Origin: Anthoceros angustus
Taxonomy: Eukaryota > Plantae > Anthocerotophyta
Assembly (NCBI GenBank): GCA_010909165.1
Contig: MU008158.1
Span: 1,327,478 to 1,391,477, forward strand
Length of the DNA stretch: 64,000 nt
Direction of reading: 5' to 3'
The translations under genes were made by a program, and so were the position numbers. The notes beneath the pieces were generated by a model. That model saw nothing but the letters and a program-made list of their open reading frames with translations. It did not search any database and was not told the origin of the DNA. Of the stretch, positions 1-11,700 are shown one piece after another (position 1 is the first letter of the stretch; every line of letters begins with the position of its first letter).

Positions 1-2205
1 ACGGGCCGGACTTCTGTTGGTGGGAATGCTCTCAACAAGGCAGCAGAAGCAAATCTGTACTGGTTTCGGGTTTTGATCGGGAATTGTAGATCTGTGTCAG
101 CTGGCCTCATTAATGCTTTACTGGGTGAATCAAATAGTCTTGGTCTTGCTCACCTTCAGCGGTCTCTTCCGCTATCAGCTGTGCTGCCATCAGCTTATAG
201 TCTCTTCTCCATTGCTTTGCAGAAGCAAGGGCGATACTTCCATGCACACAATCGGGATGAAAGTATATTGCAAGCAGCTCTATTAGCTGCCAATGATGTG
301 GTTGCTCATCAACCGTTCAGGGCTGTCTGTTTCTCTGACACTGAAGCATTGTATAACCTCCTTTCAGTTGACACAGAAGAATCACAGCATGCAGCCTCGC
401 TTGATAATCAAGGACTGGATGTGTCTTCTAAACTGATGTCACTGGTTCCTCTTCGAGCACGTGTGTTCTTGTATGCCATCTTGGAGAAGAAGGTGCCAGA
501 TTGTTGGGTTTCCACTGGTGAGAAGACATGCAATCCAGGTGCTGTTGATCACAAATGCCTGCGTCAGATGGATGTATACAAGAACACTGAGGAGCTAGTG
601 AAAGTTCTTGATAATCTTCACCCAGCAACATTTCATTGGCAGTGGGTGGAGCTCCGTTTGCTTCTGAATGAACAGGTGATACTTGAGAAGCTTGAAAGCG
701 CTAATGTCACCGCCGTGCAGGCTCTGGAAGCTGCATTTGCACCACAAGAATCTCGGCAACTCACAGAGTGTGAAAAGACATTCACTGAGATCGTCCTTAC
801 AAGACTGCTAGTACGACCTGATGCTGCAGCCATGTACTCTGAGGTTCTCCATTTCCTTGGGCAAGCATTCGAGGAGTACTTGGTGTTGCAAGTTAAATGG
901 GTTCTAGAAGGCAGTGACATGCTATTTGGTCGGAAAAGTCTCAGGCAGGTGCTTGATAACTATGCTCATCGTCAAGGTTTCACATCTGGTCATCAAGGTA
1001 TGAATGTGTCAAGGTGTCTACCCTTTGGAAGGAAGGGTTCTAGTTGTGAGAATCTATCTGCTATTGCCAAGTCCGCTGACAGTTCTGGTTTCAAAAGACG
1101 GGATTTCAAGATGGAATCCCAAAGTTTGAACCGGCAATATGTCATTGAGAAGGCATTGGTGGAGATGGTGTTGCCATGCCTAGTGCGGAGCAGTGTAGAT
1201 GCTTGCTGTGGATTTGGTATCGAGCTGGCAAAACAACTGACCAATCTGGAGCAGCATCTGAGCATGCTTTCTCGCATGAATGGGCGCCATGTGGCAACAT
1301 TTAGTGCTTCTGACAACTTTAACCATAAAGGCTTGGTTCAACAGAGAGGGTCTATGGCTTGGTTAGACAATGGCAGCCCAGGTGTAGGGCGGAAATCATT
1401 GCCACCCAGCTCAGAATCTCAGCCTCTGTATGCTGCGGCAATACAGGCGTCGGTTTGGTTGCGGCTTCAATTCCTCATGCCTTTGCTGCCCATCATCTAC
1501 TCTGACAGGGAGCAGATGGCTCGCAACATACAGGTGATACTGACACCAGTTGTGCTGCGGCTCCTTGACTCTAGAGTATTGCAGGAGCCCCCAGACCAGA
1601 CCTTCATTACTCAGCGTGATGGGTCTGTCAGTGGAACGGACGGGGAATGGATAGCAGAAGCTGCAACTTGTGGCGTAGCAGCCACTGCCGGGGAATGGGT
1701 GTTTGATAGACTCTTAGCTGTTCTGCACTTCATCTCAAACGGAATGCCATCAGCTCTCCTAGATCAAGAGGTAGCGGAAAGGATGCAGGTCGAGTTGGAC
1801 CAGGTGACTTCCGCAGTCACACCTCACCTGTTGACAGTTATGTCTACCGCGCCGCCTTTCAGTTGCAGGATCAATGCAGGACCCCCTGAATTGTCTCAGA
1901 CAACTCTGGCTTCCTTGCAATCTGGATATCTTGCTGGACAAGCTACCCAAATGGGTACTCAGACCAGGGATGCACCTGGTGGTGATAGTGATGCAGCTAG
2001 TGTCAAAGGAGCTCTTTTAGAGCAAGAAGTGGACCCGTGGTCACTGCTGGAAGATGCAGCTGTGGGGGCAAGTGTCACTGGGCCAAGCTTAGGATCCAGC
2101 AGTGATGCTATGCTGACATTAAAGTCCGCACCTTGGCTCAGGGGTGCCATAAGAGAGAGGCGAAGGGATTCCATCTATGCAGGGTCTGTGGACAGCGACC
2201 CCTGA
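1..2205 (+). CDS. MED12: Mediator subunit 12, C-terminal part (5' end outside window)
   Basis: Frame is open from base 1 to TGA at 2203-2205. Contains plant MED12 C-terminal motifs: WFRVLIGNCR, HWQWVELRLLLNEQ, LTRLLVRPDAA, FGRKSLRQ, LRLQFLMPLLP, EVDPWSLLED, WLRGAIRERRRD. Confidence 0.9.
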   Translation, partial: TGRTSVGGNALNKAAEANLYWFRVLIGNCRSVSAGLINALLGESNSLGLAHLQRSLPLSAVLPSAYSLFSIALQKQGRYFHAHNRDESILQAALLAANDVVAHQPFRAVCFSDTEALYNLLSVDTEESQHAASLDNQGLDVSSKLMSLVPLRARVFLYAILEKKVPDCWVSTGEKTCNPGAVDHKCLRQMDVYKNTEELVKVLDNLHPATFHWQWVELRLLLNEQVILEKLESANVTAVQALEAAFAPQESRQLTECEKTFTEIVLTRLLVRPDAAAMYSEVLHFLGQAFEEYLVLQVKWVLEGSDMLFGRKSLRQVLDNYAHRQGFTSGHQGMNVSRCLPFGRKGSSCENLSAIAKSADSSGFKRRDFKMESQSLNRQYVIEKALVEMVLPCLVRSSVDACCGFGIELAKQLTNLEQHLSMLSRMNGRHVATFSASDNFNHKGLVQQRGSMAWLDNGSPGVGRKSLPPSSESQPLYAAAIQASVWLRLQFLMPLLPIIYSDREQMARNIQVILTPVVLRLLDSRVLQEPPDQTFITQRDGSVSGTDGEWIAEAATCGVAATAGEWVFDRLLAVLHFISNGMPSALLDQEVAERMQVELDQVTSAVTPHLLTVMSTAPPFSCRINAGPPELSQTTLASLQSGYLAGQATQMGTQTRDAPGGDSDAASVKGALLEQEVDPWSLLEDAAVGASVTGPSLGSSSDAMLTLKSAPWLRGAIRERRRDSIYAGSVDSDP

Positions 2206-2794
2206 GCATCCCTTGTATTTCAGTTGAAGTTAGCCAGTAGTATGTACAAAGTGAATTGCATTACATTTGGATGGCTCAATTCAAATGCCTTCCATCCCTC
2301 TAAAATTCTGCTCAAGTATTTTGAGCGAGTGACCCAGGTTCATTACGTACGTCCAAAGAAGTGATTATTTACTTTATATCGTATTGGTAGCGGGGTGCTG
2401 AGAGGGTTATCCCGAATCCCGGCGGTTCCCATGGCCGTAAGCGTTTTGGACGTGGGGGTTCGTGCCTGATGTCGTGAGGGGTTTGACACGGGTTGTCATT
2501 GGGGTATAAAATATCATGACACTTTTTCATGCAACATAATCTTTTACCAAGTTGACATTTAGCCATGTATGCAAAAAAGAACATTGGTTAGGCAGCACTA
2601 AGTCATTAGGAAGGCTACCTAGAGACAAGGCAACCAAAATGTAAGGCCACATAATTGAACAGAAAAAAGGCAACATCGGTTTACAACAAGTCACCAAAGT
2701 TTTGTGCCACGCAATCCACTAACAAGCTCTAGAAGAAGGTGAATCAATATCTAAATTATTTTCAAATTTTATAAATTTGTCATGTTTTTGGAAA

Positions 2795-3142
2795 CTTAGA
2801 ATTGATGATACCATGTTTTTGCACTTAGAATTGATGATATCATGTTTTTGCGACTAAATGACATTACATAACGTAGTTTAAAATTGATATTACCCAGTGT
2901 CGTTTTCTGTTGGCTTTTTAAAATTTTAGATTAATAACATCATATTTTCCAAAATTGATGACACCTTATTGCTTAAAATTATCGACACCATATTTTTTAA
3001 AATTGATGACACCGTATTCTCAAAACTAAACATGGTATAGTTTCGAAAACCACATTAAATAGCCCATGGAATACTATCCAAAAAAGATGAAGTGTAGTAT
3101 TGAAAACCTCATGATGTTGCCCATGGAATAATATCCAAAAAA
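2795..3142. repeat. AT-rich short tandem/degenerate repeats (ACTTAGAATTGATGATA-CATGTTTTTGC x2, degenerate AATTGAT units, GCCCATGGAATA-TATCCAAAAAA x2)
   Basis: Repeats directly visible at 2795/2824, 2881, 2953, 3001 and 3062/3119. Confidence 0.6.
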
Positions 3143-3499
3143 TATATACCAAAAAAGCATTAGGTACTTTCGAGTGGAGAACTTAATGGCTGCTTGATAG
3201 TGAAGGATTTAGAAAAAAAATTATTGAGGTAAAAAAACGGTGGGAAAAGCCCATCCAAGAGGGGACAACCAAAGGGGACCGGGGGTCGAGGTGGAGAGAA
3301 GCAACTAAACTCCCTACCTAAAGTCACCTAATGCATCCACAATGTCATGTACAGGAAGAATAAACGGCCTACAAACCATGGAGGTAGAGGAAGACGCATC
3401 ATCTACTATCGCCGCCTTATGAAGGATTTCGAAATTATGCAGTACTCTTTACATTCAACGCAATTGAAGGGCGTCATTTCTTGTATGTAAAGTTTTTTC

Positions 3500-4130
3500 T
3501 CACACTCGTACATATACTACGGAGAGGGAATTGAGATAGTACAGGATGTTATTTTTTCGGGAGCCTGCATTTCTAGGCAGGTACTGTGGTGTTTGTTCAC
3601 TTTCTAACCAATATTTGTCCGTACTAATACGTGCTCGATCTTTCTGAAGCCAAGCCACCATGTAACGAGGTACCTCCAACTCTTTCACTATGACTTACTG
3701 GATGAATGACGAAGATAAATCCATCGAGAGTCCTTGTGTCTTCCAAAGCAATAAAATTGACACCTGTATTCTCAGAAAGTGACCACCTTTCTGTCAAAGG
3801 GTTGTACACTATATCTGCCATTCCTTCAAGCTGTAGCAAATGGAATCCATGAAACACCATAATATTCATTCTGGCGGAATAAACAACGCCGATTCTAAGA
3901 AAGTTGCCGTCGCTTGGTAGTTTTTGTCCGGTCACTAATTCACATTAAACACGACACTTCATAAGCAACCGCGCCTGTACTTGGCAATCACTCAGAGTGG
4001 GATGTAACCTTTGTGTCCAAATCGTTTGAAATGATGGTGCCAAGGCGTAGGATTGTTGGCGCCCAAGCGGAAATCCTTTGTTCTAATTAGGCTATCTTCG
4101 TTCCGATTTATTGAAAATAGTCCTGACGGC
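3500..4130 (-). pseudogene. Degraded coding remnant, possibly F-box-associated/kelch-like
   Basis: Broken ORFs containing IVYNPLTERW, which resembles the V(C/Y)NPLT..W motif of plant F-box proteins. A related remnant lies on + near 20480-20720. Confidence 0.3.
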
Positions 4131-4174
4131 CAGACACATAATAACTTAGTACTGGAAGATGCCGGCATGTCAGC

Positions 4175-7100
4175 AACTCCAAAGATAGCGAACCTACGAC
4201 ATACAGTGCAGCTGGTGAAGCTACGAGTGTTTTGGATTAATTCCAAAAAAGCAAGTCCTGCTTTGGGTCCAAGGCTAACTCACCGAGGGGGAGGGGGGGT
4301 TTGACAAGGCTAATAACGCGTGGAACCTGATGGTTGAGGCAGGTTATCCACTCGATGAATGCGATGGCAAGGTCATGGATGCCATCCTCATAAACAATAT
4401 CTTGGATGACGGGTGAATGGTGGGGCACTACCTTTCGCGTAAAGTGGCCAAGGATGCAGAGAAATCTTCAGTATGAGTAAGGTTCAAGGATGATGCTTTT
4501 GTCTCCATTTTCATGTTCTACGGTCAAGGTGAAAACTCTTCTCCCATAGACTGATTTTCTGGGTGTGAAATTTCATGTTGGAGGCTTGGTTTTGTGGGGG
4601 CAGTGTCATGAAGTTGCGAGCCCGGGCATGGAGTACTACTTTAGTGTACTCAGTGGTTTGTAGGGGAGGAGGTGTAGGTGTAGTACGTTCTAGGATCTAG
4701 ATTGGGTTTGCAACACTGGTTTTTGAGGAATGTTTCCCTCCCCCACTCCCCCCATCCCTCCGTCGCTCCCCCTCTCTCTAAACCCCGGTATTTTACTACA
4801 CTACTTAAGACTTTTACAACACCACTTTTGAATTTGAGTACACTTTTACTGCGTTCCTTTTACTACGCACTACTACACATCGGATGTCTTTATGACGAGA
4901 GCATTGCAACGTGGGGTGCTTCGCGTTATAACTCGCGTCATATGGCATATGATGGGTTCACCGAACCACCTTGGGTGGCCTTTAAAATACTCAAAATATA
5001 ACGTGAAGCAAAAGCGTCATTTAATTGACATACCTCCGGACAAAACCGTCCACCGAACCGGTGAGCGCATCTCTACGGGACTTACGTCGGTGCCATCGAT
5101 TGGGGTTCCATCGGGTCTCGGTTCTTGTATGCATGTGCGATTACATTTCCATTTGCGGTGGACAATGGCCCTGGCCGGTGTCAAGGCGTCGCCGGAGATC
5201 CCTCGACCTTCCCTGCAGTTGCATTCAAGTTTTGGGTTTGGCGTTCGGCCTTCACAATCTTGGGAACCCTTGGGTGCGGTGGTCTCAAGTGTGTCGTTCT
5301 AACTTTGATGAAAAGGCAATCCGAACAAAGATGGTGTCTGCACTTCTGCGAAGATATTGTGAGCGGTTTGCACAATGCGGCCGCGATGAAAGCGGTGCGA
5401 TTCAAGGTCCGGCTATGTACGAACGAGGCGATCGAATTAAATCCGGCCGGGCCATGGTCGAGGCGCCAAAGCTAAACCCCGTCATGTCGATTCGATTACG
5501 ATGTGCCCTCCGGACATGGATGTCGGCCATGCGATGCGGCGGGGCGTGATGGAGTTCGGCATGGCTTACAATTGTCGATCATTATGCGGAGGACAATCGT
5601 CCAAAAATCCGTGCGGGATTGGGGTCTATCCTTCGAGTCTTCACGATTGGACCAGATCCCGTCGCGTGCCAGCTTTTAAATCGGGGCGTTTGCAGGGGCT
5701 TGTGGCCGAGATGGGTGCGATTAGATTACCGGGCCGCGCTAATCTAATTGCACCCATCTCGATCACCGCTAATCTAATTGCACCCGTAGGTCACTTGGAC
5801 ATGTGGGTGAAATGCGTGCCCGAATGAACACGGAGGCGATGGTTGAACAATGTGGTCGCTTACCATACAATTGTATATTGACTAACAAGCCGCCACAACA
5901 ACATGGCAACAATCCACATTCAAAAAGTCGGTGAGAAGGCAATGCATATTGAGCGAGACCACGGACCCACAAGTCGGGCAAACTAAAATGCCGACTAGGT
6001 GCATAACTTCGCTACACGCTCAAAACAAAGCCAAATGGTGCCTGCGCGCCATTCCGATCCGATTGTGGCACATCACGCTAGTATTGGATGTCCACGATCG
6101 TGAGAACCTCGACATCTATCGGGCGTGCGGGCATGGGGCAAACTTAAATGCAAATGCATTCCGGCCACAATTCGGATCCTCTGCGTCCACCGATACAATG
6201 GCATATGCGGGCGATCAAGTCGCAAGCATCAAGAACTCAAAGATAGCGAACCTCGACATACGATGCGGTGGTGAAGCTACGAGTGTTTTGGATTAATTCC
6301 AAAAAGCAAGTCTGCTTTGGGCTAACTCACCGAGGAGGGTTTGACAAGGCTAATAGCGTGGAACACGATGGTTGAGGCGGGTTATCCACTCGATGAATGC
6401 GATGGCAAGGTCATGGATGCCATCCTCATAAACAATATCTTGGATGACGGGTGAATGGTGGGGCACTACCTTTCGTAAAGTAGCCAAGGATGCGGAGAAA
6501 TCTTGATGAGTAAGGTTCAAGGATGATGCTTTTGTCTCCATTTCATGTTCTACGGTCAAGGTGAAAACTCTTCTCCCATAGTGATTTTCGGGTGTGAAAT
6601 TTCATGTTGGAGGCTTGGTTTTGTGGGGTGTCATGAAGTTATGAGCCGGGCATGGAGTACTACTTTAGTGTACTCGAGTGGTTTTGTAGGGAGGAGGTGT
6701 AGGTGTAATCGTTCTAGGATCTAGATTGGGTTTGCAACCTTGGTTTTGAGGAATGTTTCCCTCCCCACTCCCCCCATCCCTCCGCCGCTCCCCTCTCTAA
6801 ACCCCGTATTTTACTACACTACTTAAGACTTTTACAACACCACTTTTGAATTTGAATTTGAGTACACTTTTCAGGTTCCTTTTTTACTACACATCGGATG
6901 TCTTTAGAGCATTTGTGGGGTGCTTGGCGTTATAACTCGCGTCATATGGCATATGATGGGTTCACACCACCTTGGGTGGCCTTTAAAATACTCAAAATAT
7001 AACGTGAAGCAAAAGCGTCATTTAATTGACATACCTCCGGACAAAACCGTCCCCGAGCCGGTGAGCAGCATCTCTAGGGACTTACCGTCAGTGCCATCGG

Positions 7101-7231
7101 TTGGGGTTCCATCTTGGGTCTCGGTTCTTGTATGCATGTGCGATTACATTTCCATTTGCTGGACAATGGGCACAAGGCGGTGTCAAGGCGTCTTGTGGAG
7201 ATCCCTCGACCTTCCCACAGTTGCATTCAAG
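4175..7231 (+). repeat. ~1-kb direct duplication (4175-5229 vs 6234-7231)
   Basis: The two copies align along their length, differing mainly by 1-few-nt indels. Confidence 0.85.
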
Positions 7232-8709
7232 CTCCGGTGCTGCCACTTGCATCACCCATCGTCCGAGTCGGATGAACATCGACCTCTGCGATTCGGTATG
7301 CCTTGGCGCAAACATAATCCCCAGCGAGGCGGAGCATGTTCCCATATCCACACCTCTTGGGCCTTTGGGCGTGAAGTTGCCAACATCTTGCGTCGTCTCA
7401 CATTACGCTCGGGTTCCGAGGCGCGAGTCATTTCCGCTAGTGTCGTGGTGGGAGTTCAGCCTCCGGCGAGCCCACGGACACGTTTTCTTCATTCATGCTC
7501 CTCGACTATTTATTAGCCATGCTTGCAACACCGCAGACGGAAGCAAGGATTCTCCGATCGCTTGGCTCGAGGAATCTGAGAATGTGAGGTCCCCAGAGGC
7601 TTCTTATGCCAAGCGTGGCTGGATGGAGCAGGGAAGTGGCGGCAGCGGCTTACAGTACATGGAGTACCTCAAGTACCTCCAAGTACCTTGGCATGTCTGA
7701 TGGAATATTCCTCAAAATGCTAAGAACATTCGGATTACGGTTGCAAGCACCCCGCCTCGCCCCAACCGCCCGCTTGGGAGTGATTTCGCCCTTGTTTGCG
7801 GCCGAAGCCGTCATGGTTCACCCAATGAGGAATCGTCAAATACCAGCAGTTTGCTTGTGCCCGATTGCACTCCAACGAGTAGGAGGTCCGGGTGACATTG
7901 CTATCGCCACGCGTCACCATCGGTGTTGCGTCGGTGGGCTAGCTCAAGCTCGCATAGTGTCCATGTCCAGCCAAGCAGGGTGCTCACATTTCATGGTCCT
8001 TGCGGTCGACCGGAGAAGGCAAATAGATAGAGAGAGGTCGCTCGGGCAAGCCACGATGCAGGGCATTTGGCGTTCGGCCTTCACAAATCTTGGGAACCGT
8101 TAGGCGCGGTGGTCTCAAGTGTGTACGTTCTAACTTTGATGAAAAGGCAATCCGGCAAAGATGGTGCTGCACTTTGCGAAGATATTGAAGTGAGCGGTTT
8201 GCACAATCAGCCCTGGCGGCGCGATGAGAAAGCGGTGCGATTCAAGGTCCATATGTCGGAGGCGATCGGAATTAAATCCGGCCGGGCCATGGTCGAGGCG
8301 CCAAAGCTAAACCCACGTCATGTCGATTCGATTGATGTGCCTCCGGACATGGATGTCGCCATGCGATGCGGAGGCGTGATGGAGTTCGGCATGGCTTACA
8401 ATTGTCGATCATTATACGGAGGACAATCGTCCAAAAATCCGTGCGGGATTGGGGTCTATCCTTAGGAGTCTTCACGATTGGACACATCCCCCTCACGGCG
8501 TGCCCGGCTTTTAAATCGGGGCGTTTGCAGGGGCTTGTGGCCGAGATGGGTGCGATTAGATTACCGGGCCACCGCGCTAATCTAATTGCACCCATCTCGA
8601 TCACCGCTAATCTAATTGCACAGTAGGTCACTTGGACATGTGGGTGAAATGCGTGCCCGAATGAACACGGAGGCGATGCTGTTCCAACAATGTGTGGTGC
8701 ATCGCTTAC

Positions 8710-11700
8710 CCGATCATGGCAGTTTGGATGCTCGTGAACAAGGGGAGGGGCAGGGGGCGACAATGACAGACTTCAGTTGGACACGCGCTGTAAATTGCCG
8801 CCAGGGCATGCACGAAGGAGCATTGCAGCCTCTTTTTGACATTGACGGTGCGGTGCTGAAGTGATCAAAGTCGGATTTCTGCCACAATAGCTCTGCTTCA
8901 TGTCCAAGAGTCGTTCAACATCTCGGACAGCGCTATGAACAAGATTTTCTATGTGATACACCTGTTGCTTCTGCCCAAGCCGAACACGCTTCCAAGCAGT
9001 CGAGCGGAAGCACATAAGATCCCTGCCACTGTCTCAAAGTGTTTGTCGCGTACCCGGCTTGCCATTGTAGTATATCTTGGGGTGACGGGCGTGCAACCGC
9101 CACCGATGCGGACTTGCGCGGACCGAGTGGGCGGAACAACCGAGTGCCTTTAAGACATTCTTTCACTTCCCACTTCTCTGGCTCCAACGGCTTTTCAAGT
9201 GTCCGACCCTCAAGTGAAATGACATGGTGGGCAAAGAACGCGGCCGGATGGGAAGGATTTTAGCGAGAATCGTGGAGAGTACTTGATGGCGTGGATGATT
9301 TGCAATGACCATAGAAACCTTCGTCTCGGCATTGCAGCGGATGGGGTGAACCCGGCATCGATCAAATGCAAAATCAATCGGCTGTTATGTTGATCATTCA
9401 TAACCTTCCTCCTTGGGTGTCGGCGAAGGAGAGGATACTCTTATCTTTGATTATCCTGTGGCCACGCCAGTCCCAAACTTTGATGAAAAGGCAATCCGGA
9501 ACAAAGATGCTGCACTTTCTGCGAAGATATTGAAGTGAGCGGTTGCAATCAGCCCTGGCGGCGCGATGAGAAAGCGGTGCGATTCAAGGTCCATATGTCG
9601 GAGGGCGATCGGAATTAAATCCGCCGGGCCATGGTCGAGAGGCGCCAAAGCTAAACCCACGTCATGTCGATTCGATTCGATGTGCCTCCGGACATGGATG
9701 TCGGCCATGCGATCTGCGGAGGCGTGATGGAGTTCGGCATGGCTTACAATTGTCGATCATTATACGGAGGACAATCGTCCAAAAATCCGTGCGGGATTGG
9801 GGTCTATCCTTAGAGTCTTCACGATTGGACACGGATCGATCTCACGGCGTGCCCGGCTTTTAAATCGGGGGCGTTGCTTGGGCTTGTGGCCGAGATGGGG
9901 TGCGATTAGATTACCAGGCCACCGCCTGCTAATCTAATTGCACCCATCTCGGTCACCGCCTATAATCTAATTGCACTGCAGATAGGTCACTTGGACATGT
10001 GGGCTGAAATGTGCGGTGCCCCGAATGAACACGACAGAGACGATAGCTGTTCCAACAATGTGGTCGCATCGCTACCATACAATTGTATATTGACTAACAA
10101 CGCCGCAACTTACATGGCAACAATCCACATTCAAAAAGTCGGTGAGAAGGCAATGCATATTGAGCGAGACCACGGACCCACAAGTCGGGCAAACTAAAAT
10201 GCCCCGACTAGGTGCATAACTGCTATCTGCACGCTCAAAACAAAGCCAAATGGTGCCGCCTTGCGCCATTCCCGATCCGATTGTGGCACATCACACGCTA
10301 GTATTGGATGTCCATCGGAGTGAGAACCTCGACATCTATCGGGCGTGTGCGGCATGTGGGGCAAAGAACCGCGGCCGGATGGGAAGGCGAGGATTTTAGC
10401 GGATATCGTGGAGAGTACTTGATGGCGTGGATGATTGGCAATGACCACGAAACCGTCTCGGCATTGCAAGCGGATGGGGTGAACCCGGTGCATCGATCAA
10501 ATGCAAAATCAATCGGCTGTTATGTTGATCATTCATAACCTTCCTCCTTGGGTGTCGACGAAGAAGGAGAGGATACTCTTATCTTTGATTATCCTGTGGC
10601 CACGCCAGTCCCAAACTTTGATGTTTACCTCGAGCCATTGATTTGATTACGTGATTATGGCATGGCATCCCTTGCGAGGATTACAGCAAGCGTAGGCGAT
10701 CCAACCCGCATTTCACTCTCGGGGAGCACTTATTATGGCCACATGTGACTACCAGACTAGGGACGTTGTTTGGGCTTGGTCGAAGCGCTTGTATTGAGTG
10801 CGGTGCAGGTCTTGGTGCGAGGTGGTGCAGATCTCGACAAATGTTTGTTTGAGGGGCATCGCAGGTGGGTGCCGGGCATGGATGACCCACGCCGTAGTCG
10901 AAACCGCGAGGCTTTCAACAACAAGCCGGAGGATCGTGCGCCCCACCGCCGTCGGAATTGCGGAAATGGAGCGTTGGAGCATTGCAGTGCCCAGGCACGA
11001 CATGGCGTATGGGAGTGACTAGGATGGTCTAATCTTGCGTGCTTTTGCCTTACTTGTGTTTTACACACAAATTATGGATAAAGGACATTATGCATGTGGA
11101 GGTAAATAAGCGCAAAGCAATATGGTCCACCTTAAGTGGCAAAAGTGACACCATTGGCTGCGGTTGGAAGAAATTGACTCAAAGCCACGGCTATGGGCAA
11201 TGGAGGATGAGGATGCTATGCAGCTGCCTGATGCCTCGTATGTCCTATTGCCAGGTGATTTCCAGGCAGTCAAGGATGAAATAAGAGATATGAGGCCGCC
11301 TACCGGTTTCGGGGCAAACTTGAAGGCGTGTTTTACTGGCCCGAAAGTCACTGGAATGAAAAGCCATGATTGGCATTGTCTGTTGCAGTACTATCTGCCC
11401 ATTGCCTTACGGGGCCGTCTGCCACCTCGCGAGTTCCAAGTTGTGAAGCGCCTCGCCGGGATGTATAGATGGTTGTGCTCCAAGGAGATTGCGATCGATA
11501 TTCCGCGGATGAAGTTGGAGGTCATAGACATCATGGTGTCCTTGGAAATGCACATGCCATCAACTTTCGGAATAGCACACTAGGTGCTCTATCCGATTAT
11601 AAGTAAAGGCAGCCTCTCGGCATAAGCCAAACCAAAACATCCATGGCCTTCTTCATGATCTTCAGCCGATGGGGCAAGTGACGCACAAAGCAGGCGCATG

